Below the pieces are notes generated by a model, which had not been told where the DNA came from, made no database searches, and saw nothing but the letters and a program-made list of their open reading frames with translations. A DNA stretch of 64,000 bases, taken from the NCBI GenBank assembly GCA_040218735.1, contig JAVJQW010000061.1:64001-128000 (forward strand), written 5' to 3'. How positions within the stretch are numbered: position 1 is the stretch's first letter; each line of letters starts with the position of its first letter. The position numbers were made by a program, and so were the translations under genes. The DNA comes from Deltaproteobacteria bacterium. Its GTDB lineage: Bacteria > Myxococcota > Kuafuiibacteriia > Kuafuiibacteriales > Kuafuiibacteriaceae. Of the stretch, positions 29,178 to 38,052 are shown in pieces.

Positions 29178-30776
29178 TCAGCGCGGCGCGACGTTCATCG
29201 GCACGAAGACGTCGCCCGGGTAGCGGACCTGCTTCGTCGCCCCCTTCACACAACTTGCGAAAGCCGTGTTGTCGCTGATCACCACGGGCGCGAGCCCGGG
29301 CGCGGACGTCACCGTGAACGCGACGGAACCACCTCCGCCGTGTTTCGCGTAGCACTTCTGCGCTGCACGAACGACGGACGCGTGAGGCTTCGCCGCCCCC
29401 GCCGGCGCGGGACCCGTGACCCTCGGAGGCACGCCGCCGCCCACGCGCTCGAGGCGAACGGGCACGGTGATCGTCTTGCCCGCGACGACCGTGAAGGCGA
29501 CCGGCTTCGCGCGGTGCTTCGGTGCGCTGACGAACGCGGTGTGCTCGCCGGGGGCCAGCTCGACGCCGTCACTTGCGTTCGGCGCGGGGTCGTCGCCGAT
29601 CACGACTTCGGCGCTCGGCGGTACGAGCTCGAAGCGCGCGATCCCGGTCTTCGCGCCTGCGTCCGGCGTGCCTGCGTCGCGAGGCGGTGGAGGTGGGATC
29701 GGAAGGCCGCCGTCGCGGATCGGTGCGGGGTCTTCGTCCGAGCCGACGATCCGCCCGACGCCGAAGCCGCCGATCACCACGACGAGCGCGACCGCGAGCC
29801 AGCCCCAGCGCGAGGTCGGCTTCGGCGGAGGCTCGGGCGTCGGAGGCGGTGGTGGCGGCGGGCGCGACTCCGCCATGCCGTCGAGCGCCTGCAACACCTC
29901 CAGCGCCGAAGGCCGGCTCTCGGGATCCTTGGCGAGCATCCGCGTGACGAGGACACGAAGCTCCAGCGAAATCGCAGCGTCCAGCGGCTGCGGGATCACG
30001 TTCTTGTGGGCGTCGACGATGAGCTCGGGTGGCCCGATGAAGGGCGGCGCGCCCGACAGGCAGGCGTAGGCGACGATGCCCAGGCTGTAGACGTCGCTCT
30101 TGTCGACGGCGGGGCGCAAGCTCGCCTGCTCGGGCGACATGAACTTGTAGGTACCGATCATCGGTACCGACCCGTCGTCCGCGACCGCGGTGCGGCTCTC
30201 GCCGTCGCGGACCACGCGGGCGACCCCGAAGTCGAGGACCCGCGTCTGCTTCAGTCCGCCGGGGACCTCTTCAACGAAGAGGTTCGCCGGCTTGATGTCG
30301 CGGTGAATGATGCCGAGCGCGTGCGCTTCGACGAGCGCGCGGCTGGTTTCTCGGAGCACTTCGATCGTTCGCGCCTCGGTGAGACCGCCCGACGCCTTGA
30401 TCTCCGCCTCCAGCGTCCCGCCCTCCAAGAGCTCGGTCACCATGAAGGCGTCGCCGTCAGAGGTGTGACCGAAGTCGATCACCCGGAGCACGTGAATGCT
30501 CTTGAGTCCTTCGAGGACCTGAATCTCCGCGGCGAAGCGGCGCTCGAGCTCGGCGATGTCGACGTTCAGTGACCGCACGTCGAGGAACTTCACCGCGACG
30601 TCCATGTTTCGTTTGACGTGTTTCGCGCGATAGACCGCGCCCATCCCGCCGCGCGCGATCAGCTTGCCGACGACGACCGTGCCGTCGAGCAGCTCCATCC
30701 CTTCGCGCGGATCCACTTCGTCGAACTCCATCGGCGTGACGACCGTCCCGTCGGGTGCGTCGGGGCCGTCCGTCAT
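29178..30776 (-). CDS. Membrane Ser/Thr protein kinase with PEGA-like extracytoplasmic domain
   Basis: IARGGMG, VAVK, HRDIKPAN, DFG, FMSPEQ; TM; last gene of the minus-strand cytochrome operon. Confidence 0.92.
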   Translation of the reverse strand: MTDGPDAPDGTVVTPMEFDEVDPREGMELLDGTVVVGKLIARGGMGAVYRAKHVKRNMDVAVKFLDVRSLNVDIAELERRFAAEIQVLEGLKSIHVLRVIDFGHTSDGDAFMVTELLEGGTLEAEIKASGGLTEARTIEVLRETSRALVEAHALGIIHRDIKPANLFVEEVPGGLKQTRVLDFGVARVVRDGESRTAVADDGSVPMIGTYKFMSPEQASLRPAVDKSDVYSLGIVAYACLSGAPPFIGPPELIVDAHKNVIPQPLDAAISLELRVLVTRMLAKDPESRPSALEVLQALDGMAESRPPPPPPPTPEPPPKPTSRWGWLAVALVVVIGGFGVGRIVGSDEDPAPIRDGGLPIPPPPPRDAGTPDAGAKTGIARFELVPPSAEVVIGDDPAPNASDGVELAPGEHTAFVSAPKHRAKPVAFTVVAGKTITVPVRLERVGGGVPPRVTGPAPAGAAKPHASVVRAAQKCYAKHGGGGSVAFTVTSAPGLAPVVISDNTAFASCVKGATKQVRYPGDVFVPMNVAPR

Positions 30777-30785
30777 CGCCGCGCC

Positions 30786-31661
30786 TCAGTGCGGGTTGGC
30801 GCTCGCGTCGATGTTCTTGGCGAGGTGGCACTTCGTACAGTTCGCAAACACCGAGAAGACCGGCTTTCCATCCGGCATCGTCTTACCCGTCTTGTGACAC
30901 CGACCGCACGCATCGAACATCGTCTTCATACCATTCGTCGGCGTGATGTCACGGACCCGTCGAGCATTCCGCGCGGAAGGATGGCAAACGCCACAACTCA
31001 CCGCGGGCTGGCTCTTCTGAGTTCGATCGACGCGATGGATTCTGTGCTCGAACCTCCCGCGAACACTCCCGTAGGCGGAGGTCCGCCGCGGGCCGGTCCG
31101 CACCGCCTTGCCGTCCGCCGTACGCCGATACTCATGACATCGTCCGCACGAGTCCATCGCGAACGAACGCTCCCCGTCGTGACAGCCGGAGCAGTCGCCG
31201 TGGTCGGGGTCGTCGAGACGACGCGTCTTGCGGTTGATGCGATGACACTTCAGACAGGCCTGCTCGCTTCGCATCCCGCGCAGCTTCAAGTGCGCGCGGT
31301 GATCGATCGTCGCGTAGAACTCACGACGAAACGAAGCCGCCTCGGGGTAGCGAACGAGCGGAGACGCCGCGCCGTACTGCGCGCTCTCGTGGCACACCGT
31401 GCACACCCGCGCGTCGCGCTCCGCCTCGGGTCCGAAGAAGTCCTTCGCGTGACCCTCGCCGGACTGCCCCTCGTGGCACGACTCCAAACACAGCGCGTGG
31501 CCCTTCGCCCCGGGGCGCTCACGATCGGCCATCGCCTGCGCCGGGTGACACGTCTTGCACGCCCCCGCGCCGCGCGCGTCGTGCGCGCGGTGATCGAACG
31601 CCGTCGGATCCGCGGCGCCCAACAGCAACGCGGCGGCTACGACTGATCCGAACCGTGACAT
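30786..31661 (-). CDS. Nonaheme cytochrome c (c7-repeat type)
   Basis: Signal peptide; 8 CxxCH plus CLESCH; FDHRAH / IDHRAH / FEHRIH. Confidence 0.9.
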   Translation of the reverse strand: MSRFGSVVAAALLLGAADPTAFDHRAHDARGAGACKTCHPAQAMADRERPGAKGHALCLESCHEGQSGEGHAKDFFGPEAERDARVCTVCHESAQYGAASPLVRYPEAASFRREFYATIDHRAHLKLRGMRSEQACLKCHRINRKTRRLDDPDHGDCSGCHDGERSFAMDSCGRCHEYRRTADGKAVRTGPRRTSAYGSVRGRFEHRIHRVDRTQKSQPAVSCGVCHPSARNARRVRDITPTNGMKTMFDACGRCHKTGKTMPDGKPVFSVFANCTKCHLAKNIDASANPH

Positions 31662-32362
31662 CGATGACACTCGAACCCGGTGACCGAGAAACTCTGCGCT
31701 CCGTTGTGGCACTTCGCGCAGTCCGCTTTCGCGGGCCGCGCCGGCTCGGATCGCTTCTTCACGTCGACGTGGCACCGCGCGCACTCCGCGTCCGGCGCAC
31801 GCTCCCGGTGTTTGTCGTGGGAGAACCTATCGCGCACCCGCCACTTCGACGCCCCCTCGATCTTCGCGCGCACGTGGCACGCGGCGCAGTCGTCCATCTG
31901 CGGCGTCTGCAGCGCCTCGTGGCAAGACGCGCATTGACGATGCTGAGGCGCGAGCTCGTCACTCGCGGGCGCCGACTCACCGTGCTGCGACGGATGACAC
32001 GACGAACACTTCGACTTCTGCGCGAGCACCGGCAGCGCCAGGTGTGTCGGGTGGTCGAATCGACCGTCGAACTCTCCGTTGGTCTTCAACCCCCGCAACC
32101 GTGAGTCGAGCGGACGTTCCGCAACGTGACACGCGCGGCACAACGTCGACTCACGCCGTTCGAACTCCGCGCCATGACACGCGCTGTTCGAGCACGGCTT
32201 GTGGTCCGGAGCCGGATAGGAAAGGACGCCGGACGACGAGCTCTCGTGGCACGCCTCGCACGTCAGCGTGACGCCGAGCTTCTCGTGTTGACCGTGCCAA
32301 TAGCGGACGTCCTCCGACGCCTGCCCTACCGTCGCGAGCGCGACCACCAACCACAAACTCAC
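31637..32362 (-). CDS. Nonaheme cytochrome c (c7-repeat type)
   Basis: Signal peptide; 8 CxxCH plus CSNSACH; GTGA overlap with the upstream gene. Confidence 0.9.
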   Translation of the reverse strand: MSLWLVVALATVGQASEDVRYWHGQHEKLGVTLTCEACHESSSSGVLSYPAPDHKPCSNSACHGAEFERRESTLCRACHVAERPLDSRLRGLKTNGEFDGRFDHPTHLALPVLAQKSKCSSCHPSQHGESAPASDELAPQHRQCASCHEALQTPQMDDCAACHVRAKIEGASKWRVRDRFSHDKHRERAPDAECARCHVDVKKRSEPARPAKADCAKCHNGAQSFSVTGFECHRCHGSDQS

Positions 32363-33144
32363 GGTTCACTCCCCGGACGAACGTGACAAGCGAAACACCG
32401 CGTCGTGTACACGCCGAACGCCTTCTTCCCGTCCTGGTGACAGGTCTTGCAAGCCGGCTTGCGCGGCAGCCCGACGCGCTGCCCCTTCGACGCCGTGCTC
32501 TGAGAATGACACGCCGTGCACGCGGTGCCCGCAGCGACGCGGTTGTGTGCGAGGTGCGAGAAGCTCCCGGCGCGGAACGGGTCGGACGACGTCGACGCCA
32601 GCGGCGGCACCGGAGCGGCGACGGCGACGTGACAACCGATGCAGTCGGCCATCGGCGGCGACGTCGTCCCGCCGTGGCACGCCGCATCCCCGCACGCCGT
32701 GTGCTTCGAGCGCACGCGCTCCTTCTTCTCGTAGCCCACGTGGCACGTGGCGCACGTCGCCTCGAGCTGGAGATGCTTCGTGTGGTGGAAGGTCATGAGC
32801 CCGAACTGTCGACGGCCCGAGGCGTCGAGGCGTGCGTGCCGGAACTGCCCCTTCTTGGTGGTGTGGCAAGTCGCGCAGAAGCGCCCCTCCCCCCACCGAC
32901 GGTTCTTCGCCCAGCGCATCAACCCCTCTTGAAGATCACGCGCGTGACACCCCTCGGCCGAACACACCGCGTGTGCCTCCGGCTTCGCACCCACGACGGC
33001 GGTGGGCGCAAAGCTCCGGGCGGCGTCGAGCTGGTGACACCGGTTGCACTCCGCGACGTGCCCCGCCACCGGTCGCTCCGCGGTGTCGAGTTGAAAGTGC
33101 TCGTACGGCTGGGCGACCAGCGCGAGGAGGAGGAGAGGCGGCAT
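32359..33144 (-). CDS. Nonaheme cytochrome c (c7-repeat type)
   Basis: Signal peptide; 7 CxxCH plus CSAEGCH and CGDAACH. Confidence 0.9.
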   Translation of the reverse strand: MPPLLLLALVAQPYEHFQLDTAERPVAGHVAECNRCHQLDAARSFAPTAVVGAKPEAHAVCSAEGCHARDLQEGLMRWAKNRRWGEGRFCATCHTTKKGQFRHARLDASGRRQFGLMTFHHTKHLQLEATCATCHVGYEKKERVRSKHTACGDAACHGGTTSPPMADCIGCHVAVAAPVPPLASTSSDPFRAGSFSHLAHNRVAAGTACTACHSQSTASKGQRVGLPRKPACKTCHQDGKKAFGVYTTRCFACHVRPGSEP

Positions 33145-33148
33145 CGTG

Positions 33149-35977
33149 TCAGTCGACCCAGTGAAGGAAGTCGCGCAGCCGAACCTCGGTGGACGGCGCC
33201 GCGGTGGTCGACGGCATCTTCACGTCCTTCGACTCCAAGAAACGCGTGAGCTCCTCCCGGAGCGTGACGAGCTCCGAGTGCAGCTCGTCGCCAGCCGCCG
33301 ACACCATCGACGTCGGGAGCTGCGCTCTGAACGCCTGCACGCGCTCGGCATCGAGCTTGTACGCCTCGGTGTACAGCTCGGCGCGTCGCTCCAGCATCTT
33401 CTGGTCGACCTGACCGCTGCGGAACGTCGCGACGATCGCGTTGAGGAGCACTTCGATGCGCTTGTCCTTCGGCGGGTTGAGCTTCAGCGCAGCCTCGTAC
33501 CGCGCGAGGCCACCGGAGGGCTGCTTCTGAATCATGCGCATGTTGCCGACGTTGTTCTCGGCGCCCGCGGTCGGCTCCTTGCCGAGGCTCGCGTCGAACA
33601 TCGCCTGGGCCTCGTTCATCCGGCCGCGGCGCACCTCGAGGATGCCCGCGCGATTGAGCGACGCGGCGGTGTTCTGGGAGAGCGAAGCCTCGATGGTCTT
33701 CTTGACGCGCGCGTCGTGCGCGGCGCGGCCCTTCTTGATCTGCTGCTCCATGACCTTCGCCGTGACGAGCTTCGCCTTCGCGAGGTCGGCGGGCGTCAGG
33801 TCGATCGGCGGAAACGCCTTCCACGCTTCGGCGATGTGCACGACGTTCTTCTCCGTCACCGGCTTGCGCGCCTTCTTGGCGGCGCCGATCTCCTTCGCGC
33901 CGGCGGCCCAGGCCTCCTCGAATGACTTGCCGACCTTCGTGGTCTCCAGCGGGATCCAGTTGCTCCCGTAGAGGTTCACGTACCGATTCGGGTCGCGGAC
34001 CACCGCCGCCGCCGCGCTCTTCGGGAGGTTGGTCTTCACGCCGACGAACACGTGCCCCGGCGTGCGAATGAGGACCGCCGGGATCGACGCCGCCTGGAGC
34101 AACGAGGCGTAGACGACCGCGAGGTCATCACAGTCACCGTCACGGCCGGCGAGGGTCTCCGCCGGGAACAACACGTAGTCGAGGCCCTGCGTGTTCCACG
34201 GGTTCGCCGGATCGTGCCGGTAGTCGTGCTGCGACAGCGCTGCGAACAGCGCGATGGGCATCGCGAGCGCGTCGTCGCCGCCGGCCGCCTTCACCGCGGT
34301 GCGCGCCGACGCCACCACGTCGCGGATCTGCTGCGACTGGGGCGTCACGAAGGCCGCGATCGAGGTCGGCTTCTTCCAGTCCATGGCGTTGCGGTCCAGG
34401 ACGAGCACGCCGACCTTTCGTTGTCGGGCCGGGTACCGCTCGTCGTCGACGCGATACTTCACCTTCACCTCGAGCACCGACGTCGACGCCGCGTCCTGCG
34501 CGCTGAGTTTGGTGTGGTCGAGGTCGAGGAGGATCGGCACCGTCTTCGTCGCCTTCGGCGCCAACGTGATGGGCGCTTCGTTCTCGATCGCGGCACGCGA
34601 GAAACCGGTGAGGGACGCCGAAACGAAGACATCCTCGATCGCTTTTTGACCGCGGTTCACCAGCGTGACCGTACCGACGGCGCCGCCCACTTCGGCTGCG
34701 TTGCCCGCCTTCGCGTACGCCCCCACCCGCGCCGGATAGATCTCGTGCGCCGAGACGGTGAACGAGAGCGGGTCGTTCGGCGGCTCGACGATCACGGACT
34801 TCTCGAACGGGATCGCATCGCGGTGGCGCTGCACCGACTCCGTGAGCGCCGACTTGAGCGCCTCCGCGAGCTTGGTGGCGCACGTCCCCGCCTCGTCGAT
34901 CGGGCAAGACGTCGAGTGGGACGTGAGCACGCGTGCGCGATGCGTCGCCCGCACCTCACCGAACAGACGCAGCGTCTTCTTGTCCGCCGTGTAGGAACCG
35001 ACCAACGCGATCTTCCCGCGCTTGGCGGCCAGCGCCTTCTTCTTCGACACGAGGCCGGCGTCGGACGTGATGAAGTCGAGGTCACCGAGCGTGGCGCGCA
35101 CGACCTCGGGCACCTCGCGCGCCAGCCAGCCGTGTTTCTTCAGCCCGCCCTTCCGCGTGAACGCAGCCGCGGCGAGGGTGATGACACCGCGCGGACGATA
35201 CTCCGCGTGGACGAGGCGATCGGAGAACCGCGTGACGAAGAGCGGACAGGACGCCTCACCCGCGATCGCCTCGGCGATCGCAGGAGCATCCCGATCGTCG
35301 TAGACGTCGAGCCGAAGCTCGCGTCGGCCTTGAACGCCGCGTTCGACCTTCTCGGCCTTCGTCGCGTTGCGAACACACGCGATGACTTCGCTCCCGACGC
35401 GTACGTCGACGTCCGTCTGGTAGGTCACGCGGAGCTCGGTGCTGCGCGGCGAGCTCGTGCCCCGCCCGCGGAGGATCTCGTCGAGCTTCGGCACGATCTT
35501 CTGGGTGAGGTTCTTCGTCCCGTTCTGCCGCGCGCCGTGCGCGTCGAAGTGACGCCCGATCCCCTCGACGTTCACCGCGCCGTCGATCTTCGCGGACCCG
35601 GTGACGAGGACCTTGAGCCGAACGCCGCCGCGGTAGAGCGCGAGGCCCTTGATCGGTGAGTCCTGCGGGAGGAGCCGCACCTCGCCGATGACGAGTCGAT
35701 CGACGTCGATCGCGTCGACGAGGACCTTCCCGTCCGCCTGGAGCAGCGGCTTGTCTCCCGCCGCCGCACGCACGGCCGCGGCCTGCGTCGGGTCGACGAG
35801 CTCGATGCCCTCCACGGAGCGGAAGTGCTCGAGCAGCCGGAACTCGACGCTCGAAGTCGTCTCCTGCTTCCCGTCGATGTACTCGTCGATGACGATCGCG
35901 ACGCGCGTCTTGGCGGAGGCTTCGGTGACCCCCGCGATGGTGACCAGCCCGGTCAGGAGCGCAATCGAACCTCTCAT
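33149..35977 (-). CDS. Large secreted protein with transglutaminase-like domain and TPR-like C-terminus
   Basis: Signal ending ASA; PAETL...GDCDDLAV, PGHVFVG and WIPLETT (Cys-His-acid triad pattern); TGATG coupling to the upstream gene. Confidence 0.8.
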   Translation of the reverse strand: MRGSIALLTGLVTIAGVTEASAKTRVAIVIDEYIDGKQETTSSVEFRLLEHFRSVEGIELVDPTQAAAVRAAAGDKPLLQADGKVLVDAIDVDRLVIGEVRLLPQDSPIKGLALYRGGVRLKVLVTGSAKIDGAVNVEGIGRHFDAHGARQNGTKNLTQKIVPKLDEILRGRGTSSPRSTELRVTYQTDVDVRVGSEVIACVRNATKAEKVERGVQGRRELRLDVYDDRDAPAIAEAIAGEASCPLFVTRFSDRLVHAEYRPRGVITLAAAAFTRKGGLKKHGWLAREVPEVVRATLGDLDFITSDAGLVSKKKALAAKRGKIALVGSYTADKKTLRLFGEVRATHRARVLTSHSTSCPIDEAGTCATKLAEALKSALTESVQRHRDAIPFEKSVIVEPPNDPLSFTVSAHEIYPARVGAYAKAGNAAEVGGAVGTVTLVNRGQKAIEDVFVSASLTGFSRAAIENEAPITLAPKATKTVPILLDLDHTKLSAQDAASTSVLEVKVKYRVDDERYPARQRKVGVLVLDRNAMDWKKPTSIAAFVTPQSQQIRDVVASARTAVKAAGGDDALAMPIALFAALSQHDYRHDPANPWNTQGLDYVLFPAETLAGRDGDCDDLAVVYASLLQAASIPAVLIRTPGHVFVGVKTNLPKSAAAAVVRDPNRYVNLYGSNWIPLETTKVGKSFEEAWAAGAKEIGAAKKARKPVTEKNVVHIAEAWKAFPPIDLTPADLAKAKLVTAKVMEQQIKKGRAAHDARVKKTIEASLSQNTAASLNRAGILEVRRGRMNEAQAMFDASLGKEPTAGAENNVGNMRMIQKQPSGGLARYEAALKLNPPKDKRIEVLLNAIVATFRSGQVDQKMLERRAELYTEAYKLDAERVQAFRAQLPTSMVSAAGDELHSELVTLREELTRFLESKDVKMPSTTAAPSTEVRLRDFLHWVD

Positions 35978-36741
35978 CACTTCCCCCTTCGCAGCTCGAA
36001 ACGAATCGTGCTCTTCAACTCGGACGGGTCGGCGCTCGCCGTCGTGCTGAAGTCGATGTCGAACTGCTTCCCTCGCAGGTGACCTTCCCCGCACGCGATG
36101 AACGCGGCGTTCGGCTCCCCTTTCGTCACCCGCAGTGCGGTGAAGTTGCCGAATCGATCAGCGTCGAGCGCAAAAGCCATCGACTCCGAGAACCCAGGAC
36201 AATCCGCCAGCTTGGAAGCGGTCTGGGCGAGGTCGGATTGTGACTTCGATGCGAGCGTCCCGCCTTCGACCCGGAGGTCGCGCACGCGTGCGACGCGCGC
36301 GGGGACCTCGATCTTCGGCGTCTTGGGCGGAGGTGTGTTCGGCGGCGGTGAGACCGGCGGAGGCGGAGGCGCGATCTTCGTGGGCGGGGGCGGAGGGGTC
36401 TTGATGGCGATCGGCGGGACCACCGAGGCGGGCGCGCCGGGCTCGCCGCCTCTTAGGAGGAAGAAGGCGAGCGCGGCGGCGGCGGCGACTGCGAGTCCTC
36501 CGACGACGAATCGCGGCCAGACCGGCGGTCGAACAGGCCCGCCCGCGTGAAGCCGCCTCCGGAGGCGTTCGACGGCGTCGCGCTCGGCGGCCGGGAGTGA
36601 CTTGAGGAGCTCGGTGGCCTCCTCTTCGGCCCGGATCGAGGCGTTGACGCGGTTGCGTACGCGATTGATTCGCGCGCGGCTGGCTTGGGTGCCGTCCCGC
36701 AGGTCTTCGAAGGCGCGGTCGAGGCGGTCGTCGTCACTCAT
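35977..36741 (-). CDS. Putative membrane anti-sigma factor
   Basis: ATGA overlap with the ECF sigma gene; short cytoplasmic N-terminus, single TM, Pro-rich linker, periplasmic domain. Confidence 0.65.
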   Translation of the reverse strand: MSDDDRLDRAFEDLRDGTQASRARINRVRNRVNASIRAEEEATELLKSLPAAERDAVERLRRRLHAGGPVRPPVWPRFVVGGLAVAAAAALAFFLLRGGEPGAPASVVPPIAIKTPPPPPTKIAPPPPPVSPPPNTPPPKTPKIEVPARVARVRDLRVEGGTLASKSQSDLAQTASKLADCPGFSESMAFALDADRFGNFTALRVTKGEPNAAFIACGEGHLRGKQFDIDFSTTASADPSELKSTIRFELRRGK

Positions 36742-37337
36742 CGCACACTCCCCTTGGCAGGTCTGGGGTTGCGAGCACCGGGGGGGTCGATGCCTTCGGC
36801 CTCGAGGAGCTGCAGCAGCCGCTTCTTACCCAGCCGCAGGCGACCTCGGACGGTGCCCTCCGGGATGCCGAGCATCTCGGCGACCTCGGGGCCCGACCGC
36901 CCCTCCACGTGCACGAGGATCAGCACCTCGCGCTGCGCGGCGGGGACACGTTCCATGAGACGTCGGATCCGATCCGAAGATTCTTTGCGAATGACGTCCA
37001 TCGCGGGCCCCGGTGCATCGTCCGCCACGTCGATCTCCTCCTGGGCTCCGACCCACCTCTTGATCCAGGCGCGACGCCGATATTTGGCCACGGTCTTACG
37101 CGTGATGCCGTAGAGCCACGACTTGAACTTGGTCGGGTCCTTCAGTGAACCCAGCTTCGTGAGCGCGACGATGAAGACCTCGTGCGCGATATCCTCCGGG
37201 TCGAGCCGCGGTCCGCACAACCGCGTGGCCCAGGTGACCACCACTTCGAGGTACGGGTCCACCAGCTGGGACTGCGCGACCGCGTCCCCCTTGGCTGCCC
37301 GTTCGATCAGTTCGCGTGTCGGCGTGTCGATGACCAT
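36738..37337 (-). CDS. ECF-family RNA polymerase sigma factor
   Basis: GGGAGGGG RBS; EDIAHEVF, FKSWLYGITR (region 2); EVAEMLGIPEGTVRGRLRLG (region 4). Confidence 0.92.
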   Translation of the reverse strand: MVIDTPTRELIERAAKGDAVAQSQLVDPYLEVVVTWATRLCGPRLDPEDIAHEVFIVALTKLGSLKDPTKFKSWLYGITRKTVAKYRRRAWIKRWVGAQEEIDVADDAPGPAMDVIRKESSDRIRRLMERVPAAQREVLILVHVEGRSGPEVAEMLGIPEGTVRGRLRLGKKRLLQLLEAEGIDPPGARNPRPAKGSVR

Positions 37338-37497
37338 CCCCTCCCGACCGCGCCGTGCGCTCACATCGAAGAATCGATCAATTCGATTTTCGAGTGATCG
37401 ATTGCAAGAACTCGATGCACGGTCAAGGCGGATGTCGGGGTTGCGTGCAATGTGGCACTGCGTTAGTCGCGACGTGGCTCGGGGAGGGGGGCGCTCG

Positions 37498-38052
37498 ATG
37501 CAACGCGCGGCGGTCGCACAAAGCTCGATCTTGTTGCTCACGGCGGCGCTGCTCAGCGTGGGTTACGCCTGCCGGTCGAACGGGGGTGAGTACCGCCGAT
37601 CCGAGCGCACGGCCGCGCGGTCGTTGGCGCTGGGCGAGGCCCCCGATGACCACACGATCTTCTTTCGAAAGAACCACGGCGGCGCCGCTTCCGCGCGCGA
37701 CGCCAAGTGTTCGTCGTGTCACCTCGGCGTCAGCGGGAGCCCGACGGACTCTTGCATGGACTGCCACGCCACGATGCGTCCGCGTGACCACACTTTGCGG
37801 TGGCGCGGGCCGGCGCACGGTCGCTCCTCGGCGATCGAACCCACCCGGTGCGCCACGTGCCACGAGGCCGACGTCTGCTCCTCCTGCCACGCAGTGCCGC
37901 CGCCGAGTCACTCGCCGCTGAGGACATTTCGGTTCCGGCACGCGCGGCCGGCCGCACGCAACCCACGGTCCTGCCTGACCTGCCATACGTTCGAATCCAC
38001 TTGCATCGATTGCCACGCGCTCGACGTCGCGCCGCCGGTGGGGCTGCGATGA
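37498..38052 (+). CDS. Hexaheme cytochrome c lipoprotein
   Basis: GGGGAGGGG RBS; VGYAC lipobox; 6 CxxCH arranged as three H...H...CxxCH..CxxCH pairs. Confidence 0.88.
   Translation: MQRAAVAQSSILLLTAALLSVGYACRSNGGEYRRSERTAARSLALGEAPDDHTIFFRKNHGGAASARDAKCSSCHLGVSGSPTDSCMDCHATMRPRDHTLRWRGPAHGRSSAIEPTRCATCHEADVCSSCHAVPPPSHSPLRTFRFRHARPAARNPRSCLTCHTFESTCIDCHALDVAPPVGLR

Noticed and set aside
37390-37410. Possible FNR/CRP box (GTGATCGATTGCAA)
   Set aside because: Only a partial match to TTGAT-N4-ATCAA
37452-37470. TGGCAC as a sigma-54 promoter for the hexaheme operon
   Set aside because: No GC at the required 10-nt spacing
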